A stretch of 64,000 nucleotides of DNA from NCBI GenBank assembly GCA_965207385.1, contig CBDBLZ010000008.1, positions 3,347 through 67,346 of the forward strand, in the 5' to 3' direction. The notes under the pieces were generated by a model. It worked only from the letters and a program-made list of their open reading frames with translations. It made no database searches and was not told where the DNA came from. The DNA comes from Rhodothermales bacterium. Its GTDB lineage: Bacteria > Bacteroidota > Rhodothermia > Rhodothermales > Bin80. Both the position numbers and the translations under genes were made by a program. Below, piece by piece: positions 28,422 through 39,900 of this stretch (positions are counted from its first letter, which is position 1; each line of letters starts with the position of its first letter).

Positions 28422-28536
28422 GGCTGTCAGACGATTCCCATTCCCGCGGTGCGTCAGTCTCGAATTTACGAGAATTGCTAACAATTTTCATGAAGTGCGC
28501 CTGCGTATATTCCGTGCCCTGCTGAATACGCGAAAG

Positions 28537-29466
28537 ATGCCGTCCTACAGGCACGACCTGTCCCTTCTGATCGTAGTGCTGATCTGGGGCCTCAACTTTC
28601 CCATCCTGAAGGCCGTGCTGGGAAGCATGGACCCCCACGCCGTGAACCTCTTCAGGCTCTGGATGGCCGCCTTCGCGCTCGGACTCGTGCACCTTGCCCA
28701 CCAGCGCAAGGCACGTCAGCCCTTTTTTGCCCCTCTGCGCACGCACTTCTGGAAGCTCCTTGTGCTCGGCATGACCGGCTTTTTTCTCTACCAGGTCTGC
28801 TTCATCGAGGGCTTGGAGAAGACTACCGCCGGAAACGCGGCTCTCATCATCGCCACAGCTCCCATCTGGACCGGCGTCATTGCAAGCACGCTCCGCATCG
28901 AGATCATCCAGCCGGCAGAATGGCTGGGCATCGGCGCCACGATTGCCGGAGCAGCCATCATCATAGGAGGCGGGCGAGAGATTGTGGATTTTGGCGCCGA
29001 TATGCAACGAGGCAACCTGATCCTTGTCCTGGCCTCGATTTGCTTTGGCACGTACACCACGCTGTGCAAACCGCTCTCCAGATCGGTCAATCCTTCCGGC
29101 ATGGCCCTCATGGCCCTGCTGCTGGCGCTGCCATTGCTTAGCGCTGTGGGGTTGACCAGAATCCACTCGGTTGACTGGAATGCGATTACCGGCTGGCACT
29201 GGGCTGCCATCGCGTACTCGGGTTGCCTGTCCACCGGGATAACGATCGCCATCTGGAACAATTCCGTAAGGGTGGTCGGGGCCGCACATACAAGTGTTTA
29301 TGCCAACCTCGTGCCCGTAATCGCCCTGATTCTGGGAGCTGTCCTGCTCCGCGAGCCTGTCTCCGTCGTGCAACTGGCCGGAGGCGGCCTCATTCTGGGC
29401 GGACTTTATTTTGTGCGCCGTCAGCGCTTACGCCGCACGCTGCCACCGGCTCCCCTGGCGTCTTGA
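28537..29466 (+). CDS. DMT superfamily transporter (EamA family)
   Basis: Trimmed to ATG 28537 (MPSYRHDLSLLIVVLIWGLNFPILK). About 10 hydrophobic segments form two EamA-like halves. Confidence 0.85.
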   Translation: MPSYRHDLSLLIVVLIWGLNFPILKAVLGSMDPHAVNLFRLWMAAFALGLVHLAHQRKARQPFFAPLRTHFWKLLVLGMTGFFLYQVCFIEGLEKTTAGNAALIIATAPIWTGVIASTLRIEIIQPAEWLGIGATIAGAAIIIGGGREIVDFGADMQRGNLILVLASICFGTYTTLCKPLSRSVNPSGMALMALLLALPLLSAVGLTRIHSVDWNAITGWHWAAIAYSGCLSTGITIAIWNNSVRVVGAAHTSVYANLVPVIALILGAVLLREPVSVVQLAGGGLILGGLYFVRRQRLRRTLPPAPLAS

Positions 29467-29499
29467 CGAAATGGTCCGGGCATATGTGCCGCGCCCGCA

Positions 29500-30219
29500 G
29501 TGGCTATATTTGATAGCGTCCACCTGAAACGCAGCCCGCTGTTTACGCCTTTCGGAATACAGCACGCAGCCGCGATCGCCGCGACCATTGGCGGGGCCAT
29601 CTTCTTGCCCATTTGGGCCCGGCGGCTTTCCATGTCCGCTCGGATCCGGCTCACGCGGGTATTGGCGCTCGTGATTTGCGCAAGCCAGCTATCGTGGCGA
29701 CTATACCAGATGGCGGCCGGCCAATTTGACTGGCGGTCGGACCTGCCAATCAACTTCTGCAATCTCGCCGGGCTTCTGGTACCGGCGCTAATGTGGAATC
29801 CCAGGCAGAAAGTCCACGAGGTTTTGTACTACCTGGTGCTCGCCGGAACGCTGCAGGCGGTCCTGACGCCGGATTTGGAAGAGGGCTTTCCGCACTTCGG
29901 CTACTTTGCCTACTGGATCGTCCACAGTGGACTGGTTGTCTACGTGATCCTGGTCACTGCGACTCTGCGCCTGATTCCGAGTGCAATGGGCATGCTCAAG
30001 ACCCTCGGCTGGCTAAATCTCTATGCCTTCGCAGCAGTCCTATTCAACCTCGCCTTTGGAACAAACTACATGTACATGATGCACAAGCCGCCCACGCCGA
30101 CGCTACTGGACGTGTTTGGACCCTGGCCCTGGTACATCCTGGTGTGCGAAGCGGCGGCCCTTGTGCTTTTCCTGGCGGCCTACGTGCCCGTGGCAAGGAT
30201 GCAAACATCAGTGCGATGA
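29500..30219 (+). CDS. TIGR02206/YwaF family integral membrane protein
   Basis: GTG start. Multi-TM protein with NFCNLAGLL...LAGTLQAVLTPDL...FGYFAYWIVH, recognised as YwaF-like. Confidence 0.7.
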   Translation: MAIFDSVHLKRSPLFTPFGIQHAAAIAATIGGAIFLPIWARRLSMSARIRLTRVLALVICASQLSWRLYQMAAGQFDWRSDLPINFCNLAGLLVPALMWNPRQKVHEVLYYLVLAGTLQAVLTPDLEEGFPHFGYFAYWIVHSGLVVYVILVTATLRLIPSAMGMLKTLGWLNLYAFAAVLFNLAFGTNYMYMMHKPPTPTLLDVFGPWPWYILVCEAAALVLFLAAYVPVARMQTSVR

Positions 30220-30368
30220 GCACGCTCAAGGACCCGGAAATCATAGCCGCAACAGAGGCAGCCAATGTCACCGTTCTGCGCTACATTGAAGCGCCGGACA
30301 GGAGTCGGACACGCCGGCGTGCTCCGGATCTGAGGCCGAAATACATTAAGACCCGGAAGGCATTGCCC

Positions 30369-32564
30369 ATGCGCTCACTTTTTGCCGCAATAGTCCTGTG
30401 CCTGGGCGCGACGGCCGCGCACGGCCAGTCGTCCCGGCCCGAGGTTACAGCCATATTTGTTGAAGAGGCACCCCGAGTAGACGGCAATCTGGACGACAGC
30501 GTATGGCAAGGCATCGAACCGATAACGGATTTCATCCAGATTTGGCCTGATGACGGCGCCCTTCCCACGGAGCGGTCCGAAGTGCGGATCGCCTACGACC
30601 GGGACCACCTCTATTTTGCGTTCAAGTTCTTCGATGGTGAGCCGGACCTGATTCGAGCCAAGAACCTGGAGCGCGGCGGGCGCAATGATCGCGACGACCA
30701 CGCCTACATAGGCCTCGACACGTACCTCGACCGGCGCAACGCATACCTCTTCGAGATCAATGCTCTCGGAACGCAGGACGACGCGACCGTCACGGACGAA
30801 GGAATAACGCTGGACAGCTTTTCGTGGGATGCGGTATTTCGAAGCGAAACGGTAATCGACGATGAAGGCTGGTCCATGGAGGTATCCATTCCCTTCAGGC
30901 AGTTGCGCTTTCCAAGAGGAGATGAAGTAAGCTTCGGTCTAATGCTCTCGCGCATGATCAATCGCAAGAATGAACGCGTGATGTGGCCGCGCATAGGGCT
31001 GGAGTTTGGCAGCGTAATGGGGGCCTTTGGTGCATTGGCCGCCGTTTCGCAGTACGGCACGCTGACCGGCTTGAAGGACATTCGTCGGGGACGCAACATG
31101 GAATTCAAGCCCTACGTCATCGCCGGCCACCAGACCCTCCCCGACGGCCCGCCTGGGGTCGAAGTTGAGGATGGCTTCACCTATGACTTCGGTGCAGACT
31201 TCAAGTACGGGATCTCCTCCAACCAGACACTGGATCTGTCGGTCAATACCGATTTCGCCCAGGTGGAGGCAGACAACGTGCAGATCAATCTCACGCGCTT
31301 CAGCCTGTTCTTTCCCGAAAAGCGCGAGTTCTTCCTCGAACGGTCCGGCCTGTTCGAGCACGGCAGCCCGCGATTCACGCAGACGTTCTTCTCAAGGCGC
31401 ATCGGCCTCACTGAACAGATGCTGGCAGGTGCCCGGTTTACCGGCCAGGTAGGCCGCGTATCGGTCGGGCTGCTCAATATCGAAACGGGTGAAGGTATGG
31501 GAGATTTGCTGGGCCCCGCCTCCACGAACAACACGGTAGCCCGCCTGCGAACTACCATTTTTCCCAGGGCTACCACCGGCGTCATTTACACCGGCTTCAG
31601 AAACACGGATCGTCAAAACGAGGCTTTCGGAGTCGACGCGCAGTACCGCTTCTGGGGCGCAAGCGATTTCAGCGCGTGGTATACGGAAGTCCGGGACAAC
31701 CGGGCGGACCGCAATGCCGCCGGACATGCCAGCATTCGTGTGGTGAATGACCTGTACGGCGCCGAGGCATCCTATTCCAATACCGGTCGGTTCTACGATC
31801 CCGCGCTGGGCTTCGTTCGGCGCCGGGACTACATACGATACGCCGGAGCGCTGCAGTATACGCCCCTGGTCGAGTTTTCGAGCATGCCGTTTATAAGGAG
31901 GTTCCAGGCGATGACGGAGTATTCCTACATCACGGGCCAGGACCGAGAGCTGCAGTCGACGAGCCTTGAAGCCTCGGTCGGTGTCGCCTTCAACCGGCGC
32001 GACAACCTACGCTTGACCCTGGAGCGGTCATTCGAACGGCTGGATAACCCCTTCAGAATACGAAATGCGGTTATCGAGGCTGGGGACTACAGCTTTGGCA
32101 GTCTTGGCTTGATGGGGCAAACGGATTCAAGCCGGCGACTCTACGGAGGACTTGGCGCATCTACCGGTACGTTTTACGGCGGTGACCGCCACGATATCGA
32201 GGCGAGTGTAGGGTTTCGCCACTCCCAGTACTTGAGCCTTGAAGCAGAGCTTACCCATTCCATTCTGGATTTGCCTGTCGATGACGGGCGCTTCGATGCT
32301 ACCATCCTGAATGTCTCGGTGCTTGCGGCAGCGAGCCGCAAGCTTTTCGCAACCGCCCTCATTCAGTATGACAATTTCACCCGGGACCTGCAGGCCAATA
32401 TTCGCGTCGACTGGATCCACACGCCAGGCAGCGACCTGTTTTTCGTCTTCAACACGTCGTATCACTTTACGGGTGATGACGACATGCTTTTTGATCCACG
32501 CAGCAACGTAATGCTGAACGACCGCCTGGGTGTGGCCAAGCTCACGTACCTGGTCCTGCTGTAG
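30369..32564 (+). CDS. DUF5916 / carbohydrate-binding family 9-like outer-membrane protein
   Basis: Trimmed to ATG 30369 (MRSLFAAIVLCLGATAAHGQ signal). N-terminal CBM9-like motif APRVDGNLDDSVWQ. A long beta-rich C-terminus ends in an aromatic-rich strand. The 192-aa N-terminal extension in the track overlaps the YwaF gene. Confidence 0.75.
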   Translation: MRSLFAAIVLCLGATAAHGQSSRPEVTAIFVEEAPRVDGNLDDSVWQGIEPITDFIQIWPDDGALPTERSEVRIAYDRDHLYFAFKFFDGEPDLIRAKNLERGGRNDRDDHAYIGLDTYLDRRNAYLFEINALGTQDDATVTDEGITLDSFSWDAVFRSETVIDDEGWSMEVSIPFRQLRFPRGDEVSFGLMLSRMINRKNERVMWPRIGLEFGSVMGAFGALAAVSQYGTLTGLKDIRRGRNMEFKPYVIAGHQTLPDGPPGVEVEDGFTYDFGADFKYGISSNQTLDLSVNTDFAQVEADNVQINLTRFSLFFPEKREFFLERSGLFEHGSPRFTQTFFSRRIGLTEQMLAGARFTGQVGRVSVGLLNIETGEGMGDLLGPASTNNTVARLRTTIFPRATTGVIYTGFRNTDRQNEAFGVDAQYRFWGASDFSAWYTEVRDNRADRNAAGHASIRVVNDLYGAEASYSNTGRFYDPALGFVRRRDYIRYAGALQYTPLVEFSSMPFIRRFQAMTEYSYITGQDRELQSTSLEASVGVAFNRRDNLRLTLERSFERLDNPFRIRNAVIEAGDYSFGSLGLMGQTDSSRRLYGGLGASTGTFYGGDRHDIEASVGFRHSQYLSLEAELTHSILDLPVDDGRFDATILNVSVLAAASRKLFATALIQYDNFTRDLQANIRVDWIHTPGSDLFFVFNTSYHFTGDDDMLFDPRSNVMLNDRLGVAKLTYLVLL

Positions 32565-32763
32565 CAAATCGTGCGGCGCAATTGGTTGCCGCTCGCATCC
32601 AGCGACCCGCTGCCGAGCGCTGAATGCCGGCCACGTGTGCAAACACCCTGACGGATAGCGGGATTAGAGCGGCTGCGCCCCCAAACCGGCTCCTGTCTGG
32701 GTCAAGTGCTCACCTGCAGGCCGGTGCGACTTCCCGGCAGCCGCCGTTTGCCACAGACCTGTC

Positions 32764-33615
32764 TCAGTTGCCCCGGCGGTGCAGTACAACCTGCCGGTAG
32801 ACGCCTTCAATATTAAGGGCCAGCCACTCTTCATACTGGCCAAAATGCGAGAATTGGTCAAACCGGATGGAATGCTGCATCTCCTGTAACGAGAGCCCTG
32901 TGCGAGTGGCACCCAGTACGGCTTCGTATAGCGCTTCGAGATACCGGCGGTGCTCCGTGGCGTCCGCCCTCGTTCCCGGCGCCCCGTGTCCCGGAATCAG
33001 TATGTCGAAATCGATCGCCTCCACGCGCTTGACAGCTTCGATCCAGTCAGGAAACCACGAGTCGCTCAAATCGCGATACGGCATCCGCTTCACGGAGATG
33101 AAGTCCACCGCAAACACGGCGCGCTCGCTCGGAAAGTGCATCACGAGCATGTTGTCGCTGTGGCCGCGCCCCACGTAGATGAGCTCCACGTGCTTGCCTC
33201 CGAGTTCAAGAGACATGCGGTCACTGAACACGACCTCCGGTACGGCCGTGGGGCGATTCTCGCCAATGATGACATCCCGGGCATTTTCGTGGGAAATAAT
33301 CACCGCTTCGTCGTCAAAGACTTCCCCGCCGGCAATGTGATCAGCATGGTCGTGGCTATAGACGACGTACTTCACGGGCACGCCGAATCGCTGCCGGAGC
33401 TCGCTTCTCAGCCACGTGGCGGCATCGCGGTTTATGGGATCCGAAGCGATGATGCCATCTTCCGTTACCAGGAAGGCCGACACGTGGCCGCCATTCTGAA
33501 ACGTGTAGAGGGATTCCGTGACGGCCGCAATGGTCCGCGCGGGCGCTTGCTGCGAAAAAGCCGTGGACGGAACCAGCAGGCTAGCCGCAACGGCGGCAGG
33601 GAGCAGTGATTTCAT
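32764..33615 (-). CDS. MBL-fold metallo-hydrolase, secreted
   Basis: Trimmed to ATG 33615 (MKSLLPAAVAASLLVPSTAFSQ). Contains the HxHxDH motif YSHDHADHIAGG. Confidence 0.85.
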   Translation of the reverse strand: MKSLLPAAVAASLLVPSTAFSQQAPARTIAAVTESLYTFQNGGHVSAFLVTEDGIIASDPINRDAATWLRSELRQRFGVPVKYVVYSHDHADHIAGGEVFDDEAVIISHENARDVIIGENRPTAVPEVVFSDRMSLELGGKHVELIYVGRGHSDNMLVMHFPSERAVFAVDFISVKRMPYRDLSDSWFPDWIEAVKRVEAIDFDILIPGHGAPGTRADATEHRRYLEALYEAVLGATRTGLSLQEMQHSIRFDQFSHFGQYEEWLALNIEGVYRQVVLHRRGN

Positions 33616-33986
33616 TTGGTGTGCGTGAGTCCGGTTTGGCGGCTCGGCCGGGCAATGAATCCGGACCGAGTCAAGGTCAATGTACGACGCAGCCCCAACG
33701 CAGGCCATAAAGCGCGCGCCAGCGCAGGGAAACCGTGTCTGGCCGGGCTTGGCCCTCCGTCATGCAGCGCGAGTACCAGTCTGCGCAGTCGTCAGGTGCG
33801 AGCGCAGCGCTGCTGGAGGAGAATGCGGCTGGCTTTGGCTGCCGGTTCATCGGCCCACGCCCGGTGCGGGGAGGCCCCCCTTTCGCCGAACCCTACCCCG
33901 AAGCAGCATTGGGGCGGCCACGCGTCAATAAGGGCTTGATGGAGCCAGCCGGGAGTCTGCGCCACGCCGCGCCGCAAGAAGCCGCG

Positions 33987-36800
33987 CTACCGAATAAGGA
34001 TCATTGAACCGGTACGGGTCGCGCTGGACCGCTCTGAAGAGGCAGTCAGCCTGTACAGGTACAAGCCGGAATTCAATCCGGCGCCGCTGATTCCGATCGA
34101 GCGATGTGCTCCGGCATCCAGGTCGCGCGGCGGGACGGTCAATACAACCCGGCCCAGCATATCGACTATTTCCACCTCGACACGCGCGCTGAAGGGCAAA
34201 TCAAACTCGATCCTGGTCGCGGGATTAAACGGGTTAGGGTAGTTGCCGTGCAAAGCGAACGATTTCGGCAATGAATTCGAATGTTCTGCCGCCGTTACTA
34301 CTGCACGCGGCAATCGCACCTCACCGTTTGGCAGCACGCCCATAAGTGACAAGCCCTCCTCTGCATTGGTGCCAGATCCGGACAGCGCAAGTGTCAAAAC
34401 CTGGCCTTCCAGGTGGCCAAAGTCAAATTCGTAGACCTCAATCGGCGTCCCGGATCCGGCCATCGCCACGTCAACATACATGGGCCGGGGCTCTATCCGA
34501 TGCAATGCACTGAATTGCCCGAAACCCAGCTGACTTTCCAGCTCCGCGAGCAGCCTGTTTCCGTCCCGGGGATCCAGTAGCCGAACAGAAACGTCGCCGA
34601 TTCCGCTGGCTCCATGCATCAGGCGCAGGCCAGCGGCGAGGCTGTTGCCCGATGTTCGCTCGATGTCCTCGAGCGCCTGCAAGTGGACATTGGCCGAATC
34701 CCCGTATGCAACCAGCTGATAGGCCTTCGTTGGATCAGGATCAAGCTCCAGCTCTGCAAGAGGACTGCTGTTGTCTTCAGCTTCGGCTCGCACAATCTGC
34801 ACCCTTGACCTTGTCGGAACCACCTCCGCGAAGTGCGTTGCGCTACGGAAATACCGGTCATCGAGTGTCAGGACATCATTGATGTACACGTCGATCTGTA
34901 CATCATCGATGTTGTGAATGAATTGCAGCTCTGCCGGGACTGCGTCGACATAAGCCGCAATGTCCCACAGCGTGGCCAGGCCGCTTGCATTCGAAGCCAA
35001 TCGCGCACCATCCGGAGAAACCGCAACAAAGGGGCCATGCCGTGTGCCGGTGTCAAAAGCGACAACCTCTTCCGCCGTGGCCACTTCCCAGATTCGAATG
35101 GTCTCGTCAACCGAACCGGATATCACGAATTGCCCGCCTGGCGTGAAAGTGACCGAGTATACCGAAAACCGGTGGCCCGTGAATCGCACCACTTCCCTGC
35201 CCGTCTCCAGTTCCCACACCCGTACCGAGTTGTCGTCCGATCCTGAAACGATATGCCTGCCATCCGGTGAGAATGCCACGGATCGCACGGTGTGCTCGTG
35301 ACCCAGGAGCACCGCGTGCTGATTGCCGGTGGATACGTGCCACAGCCGTATTGTCTGGTCCTGTGAGCCCGAGGCAACCAACTCGCCGTCGGGCGAAAAC
35401 GCGACAGACCATACCGGATGCGTGTGATCCAGGAAAGCGGTCCTTTCGGTCCGCAGGGCCACATCCCATAGTCGTACTGCCGAGTCACTTGATCCCGTAG
35501 CCAGAAGCAAACCGTCCGGCGCGTAGGCCAGGGAAAGGACCCGGGAACCAACACCCTCCAGCATGGCCAGCTCGTCGCCCGTGGCAACCTCCCACAGCCG
35601 CACGGTCCTGTCGCCTGCACTTGAAGCCAGTTGTGCGCCTGACGGAGAGTAAGCTACCGCGACTATGCTACTCGTGTGACCCTTAATCAAGGCTTCCTGC
35701 TGCCCCGAGTCCACGTCCCAGAGCCGGATTGCAGTGTCACTTGAGCCCGTGGCAAAGCGGGTGCCTCCAGGCGAATAAGCCACCGATCGTACAATGCCGG
35801 TGCCAAATGATTGCAGTTCCGTTGCCGCCGCGGCATCCCACAGCCTGACTGTACCATCCGCGGATCCCGACGCAATTTGGGTGCTGTCGCGCGAGAAGGC
35901 TACTGAATACGCTGTACTGCCATGGCCCACGAAGACCAGCAATTCCTGTCCGGAACTCCACTCCCAAAGCCTGAGCCTGCCATTATTGTGTCCGGAAACC
36001 AGGAATGCTCCATCCGGAGAAAAGGCTACCGCGTGTGCAGACCCCGTGCCGTCCCCGAGCATTGCGACCGTTTCGGTGGTTTCAACGTCCCACAAGCGAA
36101 AGGCGCTGTCACCGGACGCCGATGCCACCCGAGTACCATCAGGCGAAAACGCTACGGACCAGACCACGTTGGAATGCCCCCGGAAGACACCCAGTTGGCT
36201 GCCTGTTGCCACATCCCAGAGCCGGAGGGTATGGTCCCGTGAACCGGACACCACCCGGGCGCCGTCCGGCGAAAACGCCACCGAGGTCACAGCGCGCGTA
36301 TGCCCTCGCATGACAGCCAGCTCGTCTCGCGTTGCAACATCCCATAGTCGTACGGTGCTGTCTGCTGCTGCCGAGGCAAGGAGCTCCCCGCCTGGCGAAT
36401 AGGCGACGGACAAGATCTGCTGTTCGGAGCCGCGGATTACGGCCGTCTCGGTGCCTGCGGCTACGTCCCACAGCCTGATGGTACGGTCACGGGAGGCCGA
36501 TGCCACCTGTGTGCCGTCGGGCGAGAATGCTACGGCCTGTACGGATTGCGAGTGTCCGCTGAGTTTGTACAACTCCCGACCCGCGGCCACGTCCCACAAC
36601 CGAACGGTGCCGTCAAGGGATGCCGATGCCAGTTTAGTACCGTCCGGCGAGAATGCCACCGAATACACATTGTCGGTGTGGCCTGCCGGCTCGGCCTGCC
36701 ACAGCAATTGCGCAAGCGCACCTGGCGCGTACGCCAGCGTCAATAGCACCGCGACAGCACTTGACGCGCGTCTGCCCGCGGTTACCGGATCGTGCCGCAT
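33987..36800 (-). CDS. Secreted WD40-repeat protein (14 repeats) + DUF4397-like domain + T9SS C-terminal sorting domain
   Basis: Start is probably ATG 36800 (signal AVAVLLTLAYAPGALAQ). Fourteen units of the form VAFSPDG...S.D.T.RLWDV. A DUF4397-like stretch reads LQFIHNIDDVQIDVYIND. The C-terminus is NYPNPFNPATRIEF...GLYLYRL. Confidence 0.85.
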   Translation of the reverse strand: MRHDPVTAGRRASSAVAVLLTLAYAPGALAQLLWQAEPAGHTDNVYSVAFSPDGTKLASASLDGTVRLWDVAAGRELYKLSGHSQSVQAVAFSPDGTQVASASRDRTIRLWDVAAGTETAVIRGSEQQILSVAYSPGGELLASAAADSTVRLWDVATRDELAVMRGHTRAVTSVAFSPDGARVVSGSRDHTLRLWDVATGSQLGVFRGHSNVVWSVAFSPDGTRVASASGDSAFRLWDVETTETVAMLGDGTGSAHAVAFSPDGAFLVSGHNNGRLRLWEWSSGQELLVFVGHGSTAYSVAFSRDSTQIASGSADGTVRLWDAAAATELQSFGTGIVRSVAYSPGGTRFATGSSDTAIRLWDVDSGQQEALIKGHTSSIVAVAYSPSGAQLASSAGDRTVRLWEVATGDELAMLEGVGSRVLSLAYAPDGLLLATGSSDSAVRLWDVALRTERTAFLDHTHPVWSVAFSPDGELVASGSQDQTIRLWHVSTGNQHAVLLGHEHTVRSVAFSPDGRHIVSGSDDNSVRVWELETGREVVRFTGHRFSVYSVTFTPGGQFVISGSVDETIRIWEVATAEEVVAFDTGTRHGPFVAVSPDGARLASNASGLATLWDIAAYVDAVPAELQFIHNIDDVQIDVYINDVLTLDDRYFRSATHFAEVVPTRSRVQIVRAEAEDNSSPLAELELDPDPTKAYQLVAYGDSANVHLQALEDIERTSGNSLAAGLRLMHGASGIGDVSVRLLDPRDGNRLLAELESQLGFGQFSALHRIEPRPMYVDVAMAGSGTPIEVYEFDFGHLEGQVLTLALSGSGTNAEEGLSLMGVLPNGEVRLPRAVVTAAEHSNSLPKSFALHGNYPNPFNPATRIEFDLPFSARVEVEIVDMLGRVVLTVPPRDLDAGAHRSIGISGAGLNSGLYLYRLTASSERSSATRTGSMILIR

Positions 36801-36952
36801 TGCTGTCTCATGCACACTGCCGGTTGCGACTGACCAGCGCAGGGCCATGCATGCCCTTGCCACTTACAAATCCGGTTCTCGTCATCGCGAGACCTCGGCG
36901 ATCATGCCTTGTGCGGCCGTCCTCCGGCACATTGTTCCGGGTTGCGAGGCGG

Positions 36953-39900
36953 CTACCTGACGAGCAGCATTCGCCTGCTTTCCGCGAAGGCCCGGCCCAC
37001 GCGAAGCTGATAAAAGTAGACGCCGGAGGCCAGCTGCCGGGCCTCAAATCGGACCGTGTGGCGGCCAATGGACATGTGCTCTGCATCCACCAGCGTTGCG
37101 ACGCGGCGCCCCAGCGCATCGAATACAGCGAGTGTCACCGGTTCCTCTCCGGCTACGTTGAAGGCAATGGTCGTCGCGGGATTGAACGGATTGGGATAGT
37201 TCGGCAGCAGTGCATGTCTTTCGGGCACGTCTGCCGCGTCCTCGCTCCCGCCTGTCCAGGTATGCCGGCCCGCCACGGCGACAACGGGCCACTGCGCGGG
37301 CGTGTGCCACCAGTGGCCATCCGCACCCTGCCTTGTCGACCACTGGATCTGGCTGTCGCGCACCCCGGTTTCATCGGCGTCGTTCAGTCCGATGTTCATC
37401 GGTACAAAGCGCAATTCCGTGCCCGTTACAGGCTCCAGCACCGCATCCTTCGTCTCCGGATTCTGGATGGCATCCAGCGGCACGGCTGCCAGGATCTTCC
37501 AGCCGACATCGTTTCCGGCGCCGTCTTGCAGCATGTCAAATACGGCTGCGCCGCCCGGAACCTGTGCATTCAGGCCGCCTCCGACCCAGACAAAGGCCGA
37601 GCTGCCGTCGCCGTGGGCCGAGATGCGCAGCAGGTAGTCCGCGCGTGCGCCGCGCTCCATGCCCCGGTGCGGCGTGCCGACAAGCGCGGAGCCGCCCTGC
37701 ACACTTCGCACGTCGTAGTTGCCCCAGCCCAGCTCGATGCTGTCGTACTGCCATGCCTCGGACGGCCTTACGCCCTCCGGCGCCAGCCGCAAGATATCGT
37801 CCCTTATCTCGGCATACATGTAGAGCCTGTTGTCGCTCGACTGTCCGAGCCAAAGAGTCCCGGACAAATCCGCATCGCTCTTGACAACCGATCCCTGCTC
37901 ACCAACGCTGCTGTGCTGCCCATCGACGCGAAAAGGCCTTTGCCACTGCGGGAAGCCGTCGCTGGCCGCTATGCCGCTTGCCAGGCTGGCAGCCAGTTCG
38001 CCTGATTCGCCATCGGTCAGCTCGACAACAGCGGGCGAGACCACCGGGAAGGAAACTGACACAGCCGCAGCGCTTGCCGAAACGTCCGGGTTCTCAACGC
38101 CATATGGGCTCAGGGACGTAACCGCATAGTGCAGCTTGGCAGGCGCCGCCGAGGCATGAGGCACTTCGAACGCGTGGGTGAAGGCGCGAGATACGGCCGC
38201 TTGCCTGACGCGCTGCAGCAGGAATACGTCACTGCCGGCGATGTCGCTGATCGGCCGCTCGCTCACGTAGACGTTGTAGCCTCCGGCGGCCGGGACTTCA
38301 TGCCAGGAAATCGTCGTGCCATCAAAGCCGCGACGCGCGGAAACACGTGTTACCGGCGCCACCTTGCCGCCGAATCCGTCCAGGTCAAGGCCCGGCTGGC
38401 CGATGTAAACGTCTTTAATCCACACGGGTCCTCCCTCATCGCTGACGTTTCGAGCAATGCCAAGAGACCGGACGTTGGTCCACTCGAATTCCTGCCACAG
38501 TTCCGGCCGCTCGCTGGTGCCCGGCCCGAGATTGTCCCCCGCCACACGGAATCCTGCCGGTGACGTAGCGCCGGCGTAATGCCAGTTTGATCGAGGCCCG
38601 CCTGCCGCACGTGCGTCTTCCAGTTGGTGCCATGTTGCGGGAGGCAGCGGAATGGACAGTTCGTGCCAGTTTCCATCACGGTATTCACCCGGAATGCTCC
38701 AAGCCGCCCTGAATGGCAGGTCGGCACTCCCGTCTGCAGCCCTGCTCCAGTCCGTCTTGTCTTCGAATACCAGTGCCAGACCGTTGCCGTCCCCATTACG
38801 GGGATCAACCAGGAGCCGCATGTGCAGCGCGTCTTCCTGCCGCAGGTTCGGAGCGAGATTTAGGCCAGCATTTCCATCAAAGAAAAAGGCCCTGTAGTCC
38901 AGGCCTTCGAAATCAAGCTGCAAGACCTGGTCGGCAGATTCACCCTCCACCGGATCGGCAACGAAGCGGCCGTCAAGCTCTCCGATTCTCGTGCTCACTC
39001 CAGCAGACAACAGTACAAAGTCATTGCCAACCGTAGGTCCGAATCCCTGGCTGGCAATGGCACCCTGCATATCGATCGTCCAGATGCCTCGCCCGTGCGT
39101 GGCCACCACCACCAAATCATCCACGACGCGCATCTGCCACACGGACACGGCCGGCAGGCCGCTGTCACCGTATTGCCACGTGGCTCCGGCATCCGTGGAT
39201 TCAAAAATGCCGATCTCCGTAGCCGCCCACAGGATGTCGGTATCGTGTGGCATGACCAGGAGATCGTAGACCGCTACGTCCGGAAAGCCGTTGACGCTAA
39301 CAGACGATTCTGCAAATCCGGAAAGGTCCGTCCAGGTCTGCCCCCAGTCGGCGGTTCTCAGGATCTTCGGCTTTGCCGCGACCGAGAACAGCACGTAGGC
39401 CGTACTTGCCTCGAGCGGATGCGTGGCGATGCCCGAAATACCGGCCCTGGGAGCATAGTCCGGCGGGACGGCAGGCGAAAAGGTCAGGCCGCCGTCCCTG
39501 GAGACAAACACGGTGCCAAAAATATCGCCGGTGAATTCCAGGTGCAGCCTGTATCCGGCCCAGACAACATCCGGGTTGGCCAGGGAAACGCGCACCTTGC
39601 CGCTCTTGGGCACATAATCTCCACGCCACAGGTGCGCGGGCAAGGGGACGAGCTCCCAACTGCCGGCAAAGTCCTCGGAGCGCCAGACACCCTGCCTTCC
39701 CACGACAAAGACGCGGTCCGGTGCATCCTTCGAATTTCCGACGGAGGTAACGAACGGCGCGGCCTTGTCTCGGTCCTCCAACCCTCTGGTTGCACTCGCG
39801 AATGATGCTCCAGCCGTAGTTGACCGATAGAGTCCGTTGTTCTGGATAGAAGTGAGCATCAGATCCGGATCCCGGGAGTGCCATACCGCATCGAAGCCGT

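Noticed and set aside
29793-30368. 192-aa N-terminal extension of the DUF5916 ORF. The same issue applies to the long N-terminal extensions of track ORFs 1233..2246, 17925..19283, 20342..21535, 32764..33708 and 56020..58557.
   Set aside because: The extensions overlap neighbouring genes or are compositionally non-protein-like. In each case an internal start immediately precedes a signal peptide or the conserved N-terminus.
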